A DNA stretch of 64,000 nucleotides from the IMG/VR virus record IMGVR_UViG_3300025133_008097, positions 52,841 through 116,840 of that record; one strand, given 5' to 3'. The notes beneath the pieces were generated by a model. That model saw only the letters and a program-made list of their open reading frames with translations. It did not search any database and had not been told where the DNA came from. Made by a program: the position numbers and the translations under genes. The DNA comes from a virus. How positions within the stretch are numbered: the stretch's first letter is position 1; every line of letters starts with the position of its first letter. This document shows, one piece after another, positions 52,997-63,244 of the stretch.

Positions 52997-55900
52997 ATGG
53001 CGGACGAAAAAGACCTACCTGAAGAGTTACAAGCCGAGAACATCAAAGACGCGGCACGCAACCTCGACGTCGACGAAGAAAAGCATCGCCGCGAAATTGA
53101 TTTAATCAACCAACGTAATGCAGCATTTAAAGAAACTTTAGGTGTCATTGCTCAGGTAAAATCCGCGGAAGTTGATCTTTTTATCAAACGCCTCGGTCCG
53201 GACCGAATGGCAGCCTATCGTCAGGCTCAACAAGAAATCGTCCAGGCAGAGGAGACGCTCGACGCCATTGAGAAGGAAAAGATAGCCTACCTTGAGTCTT
53301 GGGCCCTCAGGAAGGCCGCCAACAGAGAGCTCTCAGACGCTGAAAAGAAAGAGCACAAGGACAAGATGAAGGCCTTCGAGACCACAACGAAGGTAGCTAA
53401 GGAAGCCGGCTCCGTAGCCGTCAAGCAAGCCCGAATTGTCAGGGAGGCGCTGGAAGGCGTCCACGATACCCTTGAAGACCTAGAAAACCAAGGCCACAGC
53501 ACTGTGGAAAGTATGTTGGGGATTGATAGCGGCATGAAGGGTATGGCAAAAACCCTGCTCAGTACCAAGGGAGGATTTAAAGCCTGGACAACAGGCATCA
53601 TGCGGGCACTCAACCCTCTTAATCTTTTCATAAGCCTTGTTGGGTCCGTGATAGCTTCCACCATCAAGGTGGCAAAGGAGATAGACGAGGCATCTGCAGC
53701 ATATCGCAAAAGCACAGGCGCCAGTTATGCCTTTACTAAGTCGATAGAGGTACAAGCGGACGCAATGAAGACAACCGGCATCAATGCCGGCGAACTGTTT
53801 AAAGCGCAGGAATCTCTCCAGCGGGGAATGGCAGATTTTACCAAGCAAAGCACGACAGACCAAGCATCACTGAGAGCCACTGCAGCCTATTTGCAAGAAT
53901 TGGGAATTAGTGCAGACACCACTGCTGACATTGCCAACGAAGCCACAAAGAGCTTGGGGTATGGGTTTGGAGAAGTTGAGGGCGTCATGTTACAGGTGGC
54001 CGGTGTGGCTGAAGGCCTCAAGATGCCCTTCGATATGGTGGCCAAAGACTTTGCAACGGTTTCTAAGAAGCTTGCATTCTATGGAAAGGGCGTAATGGGA
54101 GTTTTTAAGAAGCTTTCAATGCAGTCGAAGAGCACGGGCCTGTCGGTTGACCAATTGCTGGGCGTCGTTGAGCAGTTTGATACATTTGAGGGCGCAGGCA
54201 AAGCAGTCGGTAAACTCAACTCCATCATGGGCGGCCCGTATTTGAACTCTATTGACATGTTGAACGCCTCAGAGGAGAAACGTGTTGAAATTCTCAAGCA
54301 GTCGATGAAACAATCGGGCATGAATTTCAAACAAATGGGCAAGTATGAGCAAAAGATGATTGCTTCGGCCCTAGGCGTTGATGTTGCAGAAGCTCGCAAA
54401 CTCTTCGGCGCAGAAACCGAAGAAGAAAAGCTAGAAGCGCTTACAAAGACTCAAGTCCAAGACAGGGCAAAGCAAGCGCAAAGTACCCGGGAACTGATGC
54501 TCCTGGCCATCAACGCCATGGCCGCCGATGTGACAAAATACCTGAAAGATATCCGCGATATGATCCAGTGGGTCACCGGCTGGGTTGAGAAAGGGATGGA
54601 AAAATTTGATGACCTTTCCACTGGCGGCAAAGTGGCGGTTGTTGGGGGTGGCCTCGCGGCCTCGGCCGGCGCCACTGCTTTGGGGAGGAGTGCCGCAAGA
54701 GGCGCCGCCTCCCGCGTTACGACGTCAATGCTGGGCAACCGCCTGGGCCAAGGGCTAATTAATATGCGCCGAAGTATGCCCAAGCTGCGAATGAGTAATT
54801 TGCTCAAGGGTCAAAACCCCCTGCAGATGAAAAAGCCAGCAAGCCGGGCCGCCATGGAAAGGCTCGCTAAAATGCGCCGAGCCGGCGTACGTCCCGGTCA
54901 GGGCCCAGCCCAGCCCGGGCGCATGCGTAGAGCGTGGGACGCTACACGGAGAGGCGCCGGCCGACTACGGAGAGGCGGCCGCAGCGCCTGGGAAGCCTCC
55001 AGGAGGGGCGCGGGGCACCTCCGACAAGGCGGCCGGAGCGCCTTGGAGATGGGCAAGCGAGGCGCCTCTCGCGCCGCCTCTCGCGCCGGTAGCGCTTGGA
55101 AATGGGTCCGCAAGGGCAAGACAGCCGTCCAAGCCGCTAATGTGGCTCGAACAGGAGCTGCCGCCTCGACCGCACTGACTTCCACGGCCGCCGCTGGAGC
55201 AGCAGGAGCGGGAGCAGCAGGAGCGGGCGGCGGTGCCGCGGCAGTCCTCGCCCCGGCAGCCGCAATCGCCAGCGCCGCGTATACGGGTTATGAAATTGGT
55301 AAGGGAATTTCTAAACTAGGAGGCGACTGGTTAAACATTGATAAGAATCTCGCCGGCAAGGGAATAACAGATATTGATTGGGGCTTCGACGCGATGGGCG
55401 AGACCTTTACCTATATGTGGGACGAGACACTGAAATGGTTCCATGATGCCCTCGTCCAACCTTGGAAGGATGTTTGGCCGGAAATCAAAGGCATGTGGAA
55501 TGATGGGTTGCAATGGGTTAAAGATAGGGGGGGCGACACAATGAAATGGTTCCATGATGCCCTCGTCCAACCTTGGAAGGATGTTTGGCCGGAAATCAAA
55601 GGCATGTGGAATGATGGGTTGCAATGGGTTACAGACAAGGTGACCGGCTGGCTCCACAAAACGTTCGTACAACCGTGGAAAGATGTTTGGCCGGAAATCA
55701 AAGGAATGTGGGGCGACATTACCCAACCTTTCCTTGATGCATGGGATTCCTTAAAGACTGTCTGGTCCGGAGACCGTCTGGGAGAAGTATGGGATTCCTT
55801 AAAGACAGCCCTGATGAATGCAGCGCCTGGCCTGAAGGACTGGATGCTGTCTCCCTTTACAGCGGTGTGGGAAAAGGTTCAAGAGATTATACAAAAGATT

Positions 55901-56392
55901 AAGGACGGTTGGGAAGATATCAAAAACATGCCCGGCGACACGGTTGATTACGTGAAAGACCAAGCCGCAGGCGTGGCCGACTCAGTAGCCGGAGGAGTGG
56001 AAAAGATTCCACTGGTGGGAGGCATAGCTGGAGGTCTGATAAGAAAAGTGGGCGGTGTAGATGACTTTGTTTATGAGGGGGACGCTGCCGGAGGCACCAT
56101 AACGCCCATTCACCGCGGCGATGAGTTCTTGGGAATGAAGCCCGGAGGCGCTGCGGCCGATTTCTTGGACCGCCTTGCTGATGCCAATCCCGCCCAACAC
56201 TTGATGAAGATGGTGGGGCAGATTGGATCGGCCAGCGGGAAGCAAGAGCCCCCCACTATCATCAATAAAGTATTTGTTGGCAACGAGGAGTTCAAAAACT
56301 ATGTGGCCGAAACTACGGCGAAAACGGTCGGCGGCGAAGGCAAATGGGGCAGACGCCTGTCCGATGAAATATCCCCCTTTAGGAGCGCATAA
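52997..56392 (+). CDS. Tape measure protein
   Basis: 1131 aa, helical Ala/Gly/Lys-rich with Trp-periodic repeats. Located after tube and chaperone, before baseplate genes. Confidence 0.85.
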   Translation: MADEKDLPEELQAENIKDAARNLDVDEEKHRREIDLINQRNAAFKETLGVIAQVKSAEVDLFIKRLGPDRMAAYRQAQQEIVQAEETLDAIEKEKIAYLESWALRKAANRELSDAEKKEHKDKMKAFETTTKVAKEAGSVAVKQARIVREALEGVHDTLEDLENQGHSTVESMLGIDSGMKGMAKTLLSTKGGFKAWTTGIMRALNPLNLFISLVGSVIASTIKVAKEIDEASAAYRKSTGASYAFTKSIEVQADAMKTTGINAGELFKAQESLQRGMADFTKQSTTDQASLRATAAYLQELGISADTTADIANEATKSLGYGFGEVEGVMLQVAGVAEGLKMPFDMVAKDFATVSKKLAFYGKGVMGVFKKLSMQSKSTGLSVDQLLGVVEQFDTFEGAGKAVGKLNSIMGGPYLNSIDMLNASEEKRVEILKQSMKQSGMNFKQMGKYEQKMIASALGVDVAEARKLFGAETEEEKLEALTKTQVQDRAKQAQSTRELMLLAINAMAADVTKYLKDIRDMIQWVTGWVEKGMEKFDDLSTGGKVAVVGGGLAASAGATALGRSAARGAASRVTTSMLGNRLGQGLINMRRSMPKLRMSNLLKGQNPLQMKKPASRAAMERLAKMRRAGVRPGQGPAQPGRMRRAWDATRRGAGRLRRGGRSAWEASRRGAGHLRQGGRSALEMGKRGASRAASRAGSAWKWVRKGKTAVQAANVARTGAAASTALTSTAAAGAAGAGAAGAGGGAAAVLAPAAAIASAAYTGYEIGKGISKLGGDWLNIDKNLAGKGITDIDWGFDAMGETFTYMWDETLKWFHDALVQPWKDVWPEIKGMWNDGLQWVKDRGGDTMKWFHDALVQPWKDVWPEIKGMWNDGLQWVTDKVTGWLHKTFVQPWKDVWPEIKGMWGDITQPFLDAWDSLKTVWSGDRLGEVWDSLKTALMNAAPGLKDWMLSPFTAVWEKVQEIIQKIKDGWEDIKNMPGDTVDYVKDQAAGVADSVAGGVEKIPLVGGIAGGLIRKVGGVDDFVYEGDAAGGTITPIHRGDEFLGMKPGGAAADFLDRLADANPAQHLMKMVGQIGSASGKQEPPTIINKVFVGNEEFKNYVAETTAKTVGGEGKWGRRLSDEISPFRSA
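54932..55117 (+). repeat. 18-aa Arg-rich tandem repeat in the tape measure protein
   Basis: AWDATRRGAGRLRRGGRS / AWEASRRGAGHLRQGGRS / ALEMGKRGASRAASRAGS / AWKW. Confidence 0.8.
55431..55717 (+). repeat. 111-nt-period tandem repeat in the tape measure gene
   Basis: 55431-55520 is identical to 55542-55631. A third diverged partial copy lies 102 nt later (QPWKDVWPEIKGMW x3). Confidence 0.9.
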
Positions 56393-56394
56393 AC

Positions 56395-57225
56395 ATGTAC
56401 ACCCCCAATGACCGCACTTTTGCAATTCACATCGAACACTTACCCACCAGTGAACAGATTACATTTCGAGGGTGGGTGAAATCCTTCAGCGACTCATTCA
56501 GTTCCAACTGGTCCACCACACAAGTCTACGGCCGTATGGATCCCTTGGCAACTTTCCAATCCACCGGCCGTGTCATCTCTTTAGAGTTTGATGTGGTCGC
56601 TGGGAGTAAAGCCGAAGCCATCGATAATGATTTAAATATAAATCGCCTTATACAATTTCTTTATCCGGTGTATGATAAGGGAGAAGGTACTACTGGTGCG
56701 CCCGCCGATCAGGCGATTGTGGCAGCGGCCCCCTTGTTACGAATGCGGTATACTAATATGATTCAAAACAATGTGGACCAAGAGGGTCTCCTCGGTTATT
56801 TAGCCGGAGTTGATTATTCTCCCGATTTAGAAGCGGGTCAATTTTTCGGATCCCAAAGCTCATTCGATAAGGATACTGCTCCCATGTCGAGCGGCAAGTT
56901 TCTTGGAAATCCTAACATAGCCGACACCATCTTTTATCAACAACTCTCTATTAATTTGCAATTTACGGTGCTTCATTCTCACCTTACCGGGTGGGTGAAG
57001 GGGGCCGATAACAGCTTTTATTTTGGCAAAGATGCTCGTGCGGGCGCCAAGTATGTGGGCAACTTCCCCCATGGGGGGACGAACTCTTTCATCGACAAAG
57101 GCCGAGACCCCGCGCGCACCCTCCCACCGGACTCGGCCGTTGATGTTACTGACGAGAGTCAGGGGGATGGTAATAATGCCGATATCGAACAGGGCAAGGT
57201 TGGCAATGTCTTGGGGGGGACTTAA
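56395..57225 (+). CDS. Tail tube initiator/baseplate protein (gp48/gp54-like)
   Basis: FSDSFSSNWSTTQVYGRMDP..TGRVISLEF motif. Follows the tape measure gene. Confidence 0.65.
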   Translation: MYTPNDRTFAIHIEHLPTSEQITFRGWVKSFSDSFSSNWSTTQVYGRMDPLATFQSTGRVISLEFDVVAGSKAEAIDNDLNINRLIQFLYPVYDKGEGTTGAPADQAIVAAAPLLRMRYTNMIQNNVDQEGLLGYLAGVDYSPDLEAGQFFGSQSSFDKDTAPMSSGKFLGNPNIADTIFYQQLSINLQFTVLHSHLTGWVKGADNSFYFGKDARAGAKYVGNFPHGGTNSFIDKGRDPARTLPPDSAVDVTDESQGDGNNADIEQGKVGNVLGGT

Positions 57226-57228
57226 AAT

Positions 57229-57567
57229 ATGTCAAATCGTTATGATGACCGGAAAATCTTTAAGAACGCCAATGAGATGTATGAACAAATTTTGGATCAA
57301 CGAGATCGAAAGTTCATCCGCCACTGGGATACACCACATATGGTTTCACCCACGGTAAGTCAAATTAGAGAACTCAATAGCATTCAGCATGTGTGGACGA
57401 CCGGCGACCGGTACTATAAACTTGCCACCCAATACTATAATTCGCCTAGGTACTGGTGGGTTATTGCTCAGTACAATAAGCGCCCCACTGAAGCACACGT
57501 TAGCGTGGGAGATGTCATTTATATTCCCCTGCCTCTGGAGACAGTGCTTGGAATATACTTGAGGTAA
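57229..57567 (+). CDS. LysM-like baseplate wedge protein (gp53/tail X-like)
   Basis: HVWTTGDRYYKLATQYYNSPRYWWVIAQYN..GDVIYIP is LysM-like. Confidence 0.8.
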   Translation: MSNRYDDRKIFKNANEMYEQILDQRDRKFIRHWDTPHMVSPTVSQIRELNSIQHVWTTGDRYYKLATQYYNSPRYWWVIAQYNKRPTEAHVSVGDVIYIPLPLETVLGIYLR

Positions 57568-57573
57568 GAGAGC

Positions 57574-60500
57574 ATGTCGGTTACTAATAAAGAGGCAGCT
57601 TTTTCGGCGTGGTTCGACGCCTTTGCCGAACAGTGTGGTCACTATTTGGTGATGCACGAACTGACAGATCTCTCTAAGTCTACTCAAACTATTGCCCAAC
57701 TAGAGTCAGAGATGACAAGCGAACTCCCCAACGGCGGGGTATTTCAGGCCGCTGTTGACCCTTCCAACGGCTACAAACCTAAGATCTCCGCGACGGATAC
57801 GGAAGGTTCGAATAAGAACCTCAAACTATTTAAAGACGCTCGTAACGCGTTTGCAGCAGTGGTCGGCGTCGAGGTGAAGTCCCCCGGCGACGTCACAGCA
57901 GCAAGCTTCCAGGATGGTACCGCCTTATCCCAGTACCGTGGCGCCGCAGTCGGCGATTTTGATGCTCTAAAGAATGCCTCAATTAATGATTTTGGGCGCG
58001 CCTTGATGGAGGGAAAAAATATAGGTGCGTGCAAAGCTTTTGATAGCAAGGCTGAAGAAGGTGAGGGCCCTTATTACGTCGCTCAATGTCATAATTTCTT
58101 TGGAAAACCCACTGGTGTTGATCCTCTTTTGTTTAACGTTGTGATGAGTACACTTTTTGTGGATGAGCTACGCACAGATGGGTTGTCGGGACCCTTTACT
58201 CCTTCAGGTGGCGCCACGGATACGTGGTATGTGCGCAAGCCTACAATTGGCGCGCCCATCGTAGCCGCGTTTTATACTCTTCCCGAGAAAGATGATGAGT
58301 ACACTATGTCTCCCCTCCCCCAGGAGGAGTTAGATGATGATTATAGTTTCCACCCCCAGGCCATCGCTCCATATAAGAAGTCTACTAAAGGGGGGAACAT
58401 TGACCTAACGAGCCCCCTCATTTCTAAAGTCAAGGATAGTTTTCCCACGGGCGATGTACCATGGGGGGAAAAAGTCCTCGGTGTGAGCTATAGCGCGAAG
58501 CGCGCTAAAGGAGCAGACACCCCGGAAAAGATTCCAGATCTGCATGATTCTTATAACAAGGGATATGGAGCAGCCCGTCCGGACCTTCTTTATATTGATG
58601 CGGTTTCGCTTATGGACGCGTATCGAGCTATCCTTGTTAGAATCGGTTCGACGGCCGGCCAAGCCGCCTACAAGACCAAAGCCAAAGAAATCATCTTGGC
58701 TCTTAACAATGATAACAATAGTCTCCCCAAGGAGAAGATTCAAGTTCCTGGTGTAGCTGGCACCCCAGGAAACCCTCAGGCGGCACCCCCCCAGAACGTA
58801 GGAAAGACGGCCCTTAATCCTGGCGAGATCCACGCCTACGATGTGCAGTGCTATCTTCTTGAGAACATTGCATCCCTGGCGACCGCCCGCGAGCGTGCTT
58901 CTTATAAAAGAGTGGGGAAGATCAGCAGCGCAATGCCGGGCAATATTGTATCGCGCATTCACCACGGGATAGCGCTGGATAGCGAAACGGGCGGAAACCG
59001 CTGGCCCCCCGAAGGTACGGGCCCCAACTCTGAGGCTTATTGGCTTCAAAATATGTGCCCCGATCTGTGGGCGATGATGACCCCCCACATTGAATTGTTC
59101 CGCGCGGATTATAAGAAGGACGATAAGGGACACCTATCGGAAATGGGAGAAAAGAGAATCCCATTCAGTAATTTTGTAGACCCCAGCGACATTGAACAGA
59201 TTACGAGCCAACGCTATGGGCGTCTAGGTGGGGCAGGCATCAAATCTTTCACCTGGTCCTTGGATGGAGTGCAACCTGCCGAAGTAGACAATGTTATATC
59301 TGCAAACCTCACCATGCACTTCCAGAGTGTTTATGATCTGTTCCGCCATAATGAGATTCATGATAATAATGGAAACCCTACTGGAGAATATGCTGCTGGC
59401 CAGCCAACGGCCGGCTATCTGGACTTGATCATTGGATCGGGTACAACCGTCACCCAGAAAGAGCGCGAAGACCTAGCAATAGATCAAGAAGACCCCTCCG
59501 AGAAGCCAAACCCTTTCGCGAGCCCCTGTGGAGTTTCGGGTGAGATTTATGAGGGGGCTGCTTACCGTATAAAAGCCGTTGTCGGGTGGGCAACTCCTCC
59601 TAACTTCTTGGAACTCAACATTCCGGGCTACAATACTTCCCAACTAGAATCCATCAAACGCGCTGTCGACTCCTCCCGCAAGGCATTGTACCTACAGATT
59701 GTCAGTCATGCTATTAACTTTGCGCAGGACGGTACTTTAGAGCTAGCTATTCAATATCAGGCGTCACTTTCTGGTATCGCTCGTTCTCCGGACGCGGACA
59801 TCTTTATAGCCAAAGAACTCCACAGCGAAGAGTTGAAGAGTCTTGAAGAAGAATATTCCAACCTTCCCCATAAGACAGATGTCGATACTTTTAAGACGCT
59901 CCCCAAGAATGAACAAGATTCTCATACTGCGAGAGAAAAAGAAATTTTGGAAGAGCAGCTCGCCTTAATGCAACGTAACCGACTCAACAAGTATAGTGTG
60001 TTTCTTAATATGCTATCGGAAAAAAGTAAAATGTACGGAGTGCGAGTCCCCCGCCAACGATTACTTAACCCTCTGGGTAGCATGAGTCCAGAAGATCGTG
60101 CCAAGGCGGCCAAGCAGCGCCAATCGGAAAACATCGCCGGCACCGTTCTCTCCGACGCCGACACCTATACAAAGGGTGACAAGTCCATGGATGAGTTCGT
60201 GCGGATTAGTTCATTGGTCGCCAGTACTGCCGGCGACGATGAAGCTCACGATGCGGCCAAATCGGACGCCGACCGTATTCTCGAAGACATGTCGAGAAAT
60301 GTTGGGATTTTCGACACGGGCAATCAGGATACGACTCTAATTCCTTTCTTTTATTTGGGCGATCTTATAGACATACTTTTTGATCAGAGGCTAGCCCACC
60401 TTGTGGAGACCCAAGGGAAGACCACTCCTCTTCAGATGCTATTGGGTACCGTGGAGATGGTCGACCCGCTGCGGGCCTACCAGGTAGAGTCTGTTAAATT

Positions 60501-61872
60501 TGATTGCGGCAATGGCAAGACAGGGGTTAAGAGAATAGCGGAACTTGATCCTCTTCGTTTTCGAAAGGTGACAGGCATCACACAGTATATGAACATAGGA
60601 AGCATTCCTATATCCTTGGATGCTTTTAATGATTGGTTTATGACCAACGTTATAAATACGAATAAAGATAGCTACTTTCTTCTTAACTTCATTAAAGACG
60701 TCTGCGCCGGACTGATCAGCGCGGCGTACGGAGACGTTTGCTTTAAAGGATTGTTTAATTTTAATGTACGCTTTGACACAGCCACGTTTAGATTAGCAGA
60801 TAGATTCGGTGGCAAGACCAACGTTACCCTAGAGCAGCTGGGGAAGTCCAGCCGCCGCGCCCAGAAGCGCGATGTGCTTCGGCAGCGCGCCGACTCTACT
60901 CACTCTCCAAGTATCCCTACTTTGGTGGTTTACAGTGTTGACTCTCGTCCCAATGTGGGCGACCGTCATAGCGACATGAGCGAGGGGATCTATCACTATT
61001 TCTTGGGCGGCCGATGCGGGCTGGCTAAAAGTATTAATTTTAATAGGCAGGATATGCCTTTTTACCGCGAAGCGCGGATTAGCAAAGATGGCTCTTTGGG
61101 CGCCCAGCAGCTTAAGGAGTTGTATACTGTTGATCTGAGCATGATAGGCAATGGTCTTCAGAAGAACGGGACGTTTGTGTATATTGATCCCATAGCAATC
61201 GGCGCCGGCTCGGCGCGGGCTATTGGGGGAATTCCTAATATCGCGCGCCTCATTGGACTGGGCGGCTATTTCTTAGTTACCAAGGTGGGTCATGAAGTAA
61301 GCACCTCTGGCTATGAGACATCCGTTAATGCTATTCAGCAGATGTCTGCGTTTGATATGACAATGAACGAGTCGATATCGAATATTAATTACTATGGCTC
61401 ACCCGTGGCTGAAGACCCTCCACCGGATGAGGGCCCCACGGGAGGGGACGACGATGCTGACGAGGGAGAGGAGTCCGGGGACCCCTTTGAGAGCATCGCA
61501 GGAGACACGACGGGAGTTACCGACGACGGTCCGGCACTCACCCCGCGGACCGTCGCTGAGCGCAAGCTAGCGGCATGGGAAGATCTAGAGGAATATCATG
61601 CTCTCGACGAGGAAGACGCCCGGGAGGAGCTGGAAACTGCGCAGCTGGAAAGGAAGGCCTATCAAGGTGCTGGCGTGACACCGAGAGATACTCCCGAAGC
61701 AGTCGCGGAGAAGCTGGATGCCATGGGCGCAGTTCGCCCCCCAGCCGGAGTCAGTGTCTACGCCCCGCCACCCGGGTGGAATTACCTTTGGAACTCTAGA
61801 TTAGGCCGCGCGGTATGGTATCCGGACGCCCCCAGCCCCTCCGTCGCCGGCCCCGGGCCCGAGGAACTCTAA
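57574..61872 (+). CDS. Large baseplate hub-like protein
   Basis: 1432 aa after the LysM protein. C-terminal half has MIGNGL..GTFVYID...LGGYFLVTKVGHEV..GYET, typical of the end of gp27/late-control-D-like hubs. Confidence 0.6.
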   Translation: MSVTNKEAAFSAWFDAFAEQCGHYLVMHELTDLSKSTQTIAQLESEMTSELPNGGVFQAAVDPSNGYKPKISATDTEGSNKNLKLFKDARNAFAAVVGVEVKSPGDVTAASFQDGTALSQYRGAAVGDFDALKNASINDFGRALMEGKNIGACKAFDSKAEEGEGPYYVAQCHNFFGKPTGVDPLLFNVVMSTLFVDELRTDGLSGPFTPSGGATDTWYVRKPTIGAPIVAAFYTLPEKDDEYTMSPLPQEELDDDYSFHPQAIAPYKKSTKGGNIDLTSPLISKVKDSFPTGDVPWGEKVLGVSYSAKRAKGADTPEKIPDLHDSYNKGYGAARPDLLYIDAVSLMDAYRAILVRIGSTAGQAAYKTKAKEIILALNNDNNSLPKEKIQVPGVAGTPGNPQAAPPQNVGKTALNPGEIHAYDVQCYLLENIASLATARERASYKRVGKISSAMPGNIVSRIHHGIALDSETGGNRWPPEGTGPNSEAYWLQNMCPDLWAMMTPHIELFRADYKKDDKGHLSEMGEKRIPFSNFVDPSDIEQITSQRYGRLGGAGIKSFTWSLDGVQPAEVDNVISANLTMHFQSVYDLFRHNEIHDNNGNPTGEYAAGQPTAGYLDLIIGSGTTVTQKEREDLAIDQEDPSEKPNPFASPCGVSGEIYEGAAYRIKAVVGWATPPNFLELNIPGYNTSQLESIKRAVDSSRKALYLQIVSHAINFAQDGTLELAIQYQASLSGIARSPDADIFIAKELHSEELKSLEEEYSNLPHKTDVDTFKTLPKNEQDSHTAREKEILEEQLALMQRNRLNKYSVFLNMLSEKSKMYGVRVPRQRLLNPLGSMSPEDRAKAAKQRQSENIAGTVLSDADTYTKGDKSMDEFVRISSLVASTAGDDEAHDAAKSDADRILEDMSRNVGIFDTGNQDTTLIPFFYLGDLIDILFDQRLAHLVETQGKTTPLQMLLGTVEMVDPLRAYQVESVKFDCGNGKTGVKRIAELDPLRFRKVTGITQYMNIGSIPISLDAFNDWFMTNVINTNKDSYFLLNFIKDVCAGLISAAYGDVCFKGLFNFNVRFDTATFRLADRFGGKTNVTLEQLGKSSRRAQKRDVLRQRADSTHSPSIPTLVVYSVDSRPNVGDRHSDMSEGIYHYFLGGRCGLAKSINFNRQDMPFYREARISKDGSLGAQQLKELYTVDLSMIGNGLQKNGTFVYIDPIAIGAGSARAIGGIPNIARLIGLGGYFLVTKVGHEVSTSGYETSVNAIQQMSAFDMTMNESISNINYYGSPVAEDPPPDEGPTGGDDDADEGEESGDPFESIAGDTTGVTDDGPALTPRTVAERKLAAWEDLEEYHALDEEDAREELETAQLERKAYQGAGVTPRDTPEAVAEKLDAMGAVRPPAGVSVYAPPPGWNYLWNSRLGRAVWYPDAPSPSVAGPGPEEL

Positions 61873-61892
61873 GCATGGGATATGTATAAACG

Positions 61893-63200
61893 ATGGCACT
61901 ACAAATAAGTAACGCAAATGGTTTTATTTTTACAGTTGAAGATCTTCAAGATCCTCTTGGCAAGAATAATCTCACAGCTTTTGCAGCCTCCTTTCAGCGC
62001 ACCCTCTACAAAGACGAAGTATACCCTCAGCCTTCGTCCGGAGTGCCGTCAGGTTTAGATACGTGGTACAATCGAGCTTTTTATGGACGGATTGACCGCG
62101 ACAAAAATAGTCTTATTCTCAAGACTTCTTTTCTTAAGCAGATAGCAGGCTCAACTAAGCCTCTTTTTGTATTTGATTTTGTGGCGGATGGGTTTAAAAG
62201 ATTTGGTACTCATATGGCTAATGCCTATATGGCGGGGGCCGTCTCCAAGACCGGCAACGCAGTGCTGCTTGCCCCGACAGCCATGCGAGGATACGAGGAC
62301 CCCACCAGGGCCTATAGAACCTTTCATCAAAATCTGGCACAGTCATTTCTTTTGAGTTTTCTCCCCCCCGCAGAGCGCCCCATTGATGGGTTTGAAACCT
62401 TTGTTTCTTATTATGGCCCATTCTTGAAAGGTCTGTCTCATTTTATGCCTATAACCAAAAGTACCTATATGCTCTCCTATCGCCTTGACCCCATGTCAAC
62501 TGGCCTTTCAGTTGCCATTTCCAATCACGATGCCGCAGATGATGCTGTCAAGTATAATGAATTTATTAGTGACGCTAACTATCGGTATTATGTAAATGCC
62601 GCCAAGCGCTTTGGGTTTCTGGTGGATGAGAATAAACCGTGGGTGCTCACGGCAGATCTTTTTACAAAGGCTCTTGCTAAATTTTTATATACATATTTAA
62701 ATCCGTTAACGTATGAGCCCATCACGCAGCACAACTTTTTCCCCACCTACTACACCCCCACTTATATGACAGACCTGGAAGACCTTCAGGAGACTTTATT
62801 GTCAGCATATCGTTATGCAGTACTGGGGTCGCCTCTCTATCGGCGCCGAACCCAGCGTCCAGATGGAACGTTTGAACACTCCTCTCACCCCCGGGAACCC
62901 TATAATGCTGAGCAATTGCGCTCTCAGTTGAGTCCTCAATTCTTAATCGATCTATATCTAGATATCCGACAGGCGGAGAGCGACGCTCCCTATGAGGATC
63001 ATGAGGTAGAGCGCCTTCGTCGTGCAGCGTACCAAGCATATTGGACCCCAACCCCTCTTCCAATCAGTGCATACCAGCGAGCCGCCGGCGTCATCAACAA
63101 CCATTACCGGCGTTATTCCTATCCTGTCACCCTCACGCAACTTACAGGACGCTCTCTTGGGGACATTCGTAAAAATGGCCTCGTCCCCCCTAAAAAATAA
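61893..63200 (+). CDS. Hypothetical protein
   Basis: 435-aa ORF ending the baseplate run. Confidence 0.55.
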   Translation: MALQISNANGFIFTVEDLQDPLGKNNLTAFAASFQRTLYKDEVYPQPSSGVPSGLDTWYNRAFYGRIDRDKNSLILKTSFLKQIAGSTKPLFVFDFVADGFKRFGTHMANAYMAGAVSKTGNAVLLAPTAMRGYEDPTRAYRTFHQNLAQSFLLSFLPPAERPIDGFETFVSYYGPFLKGLSHFMPITKSTYMLSYRLDPMSTGLSVAISNHDAADDAVKYNEFISDANYRYYVNAAKRFGFLVDENKPWVLTADLFTKALAKFLYTYLNPLTYEPITQHNFFPTYYTPTYMTDLEDLQETLLSAYRYAVLGSPLYRRRTQRPDGTFEHSSHPREPYNAEQLRSQLSPQFLIDLYLDIRQAESDAPYEDHEVERLRRAAYQAYWTPTPLPISAYQRAAGVINNHYRRYSYPVTLTQLTGRSLGDIRKNGLVPPKK

Positions 63201-63209
63201 TAAAGCTCC

Positions 63210-63237
63210 TTGACATTGAGTGGGGATATGATACCAT
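63210..63237 (+). promoter_or_regulatory. sigma70-type promoter TTGACA-N16-TACCAT with extended TGn, predicted leaderless start
   Basis: -35 at 63210-63215, TG at 63229-63230, -10 at 63232-63237. ATG at 63245 with 7 nt between and no SD. Confidence 0.7.
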
Positions 63238-63244
63238 TAAGAAG

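Noticed and set aside
55431-55717. Regularly spaced DNA repeats as a CRISPR array
   Set aside because: The repeat is 90 bp, in-frame within the tape measure ORF, and no cas genes are present.
57213-57219. G7 tracts (also 39250 and 55527) as phase-variation sites
   Set aside because: Short tracts within Gly-coding, intact frames, and no adjacent out-of-frame continuation was noticed.
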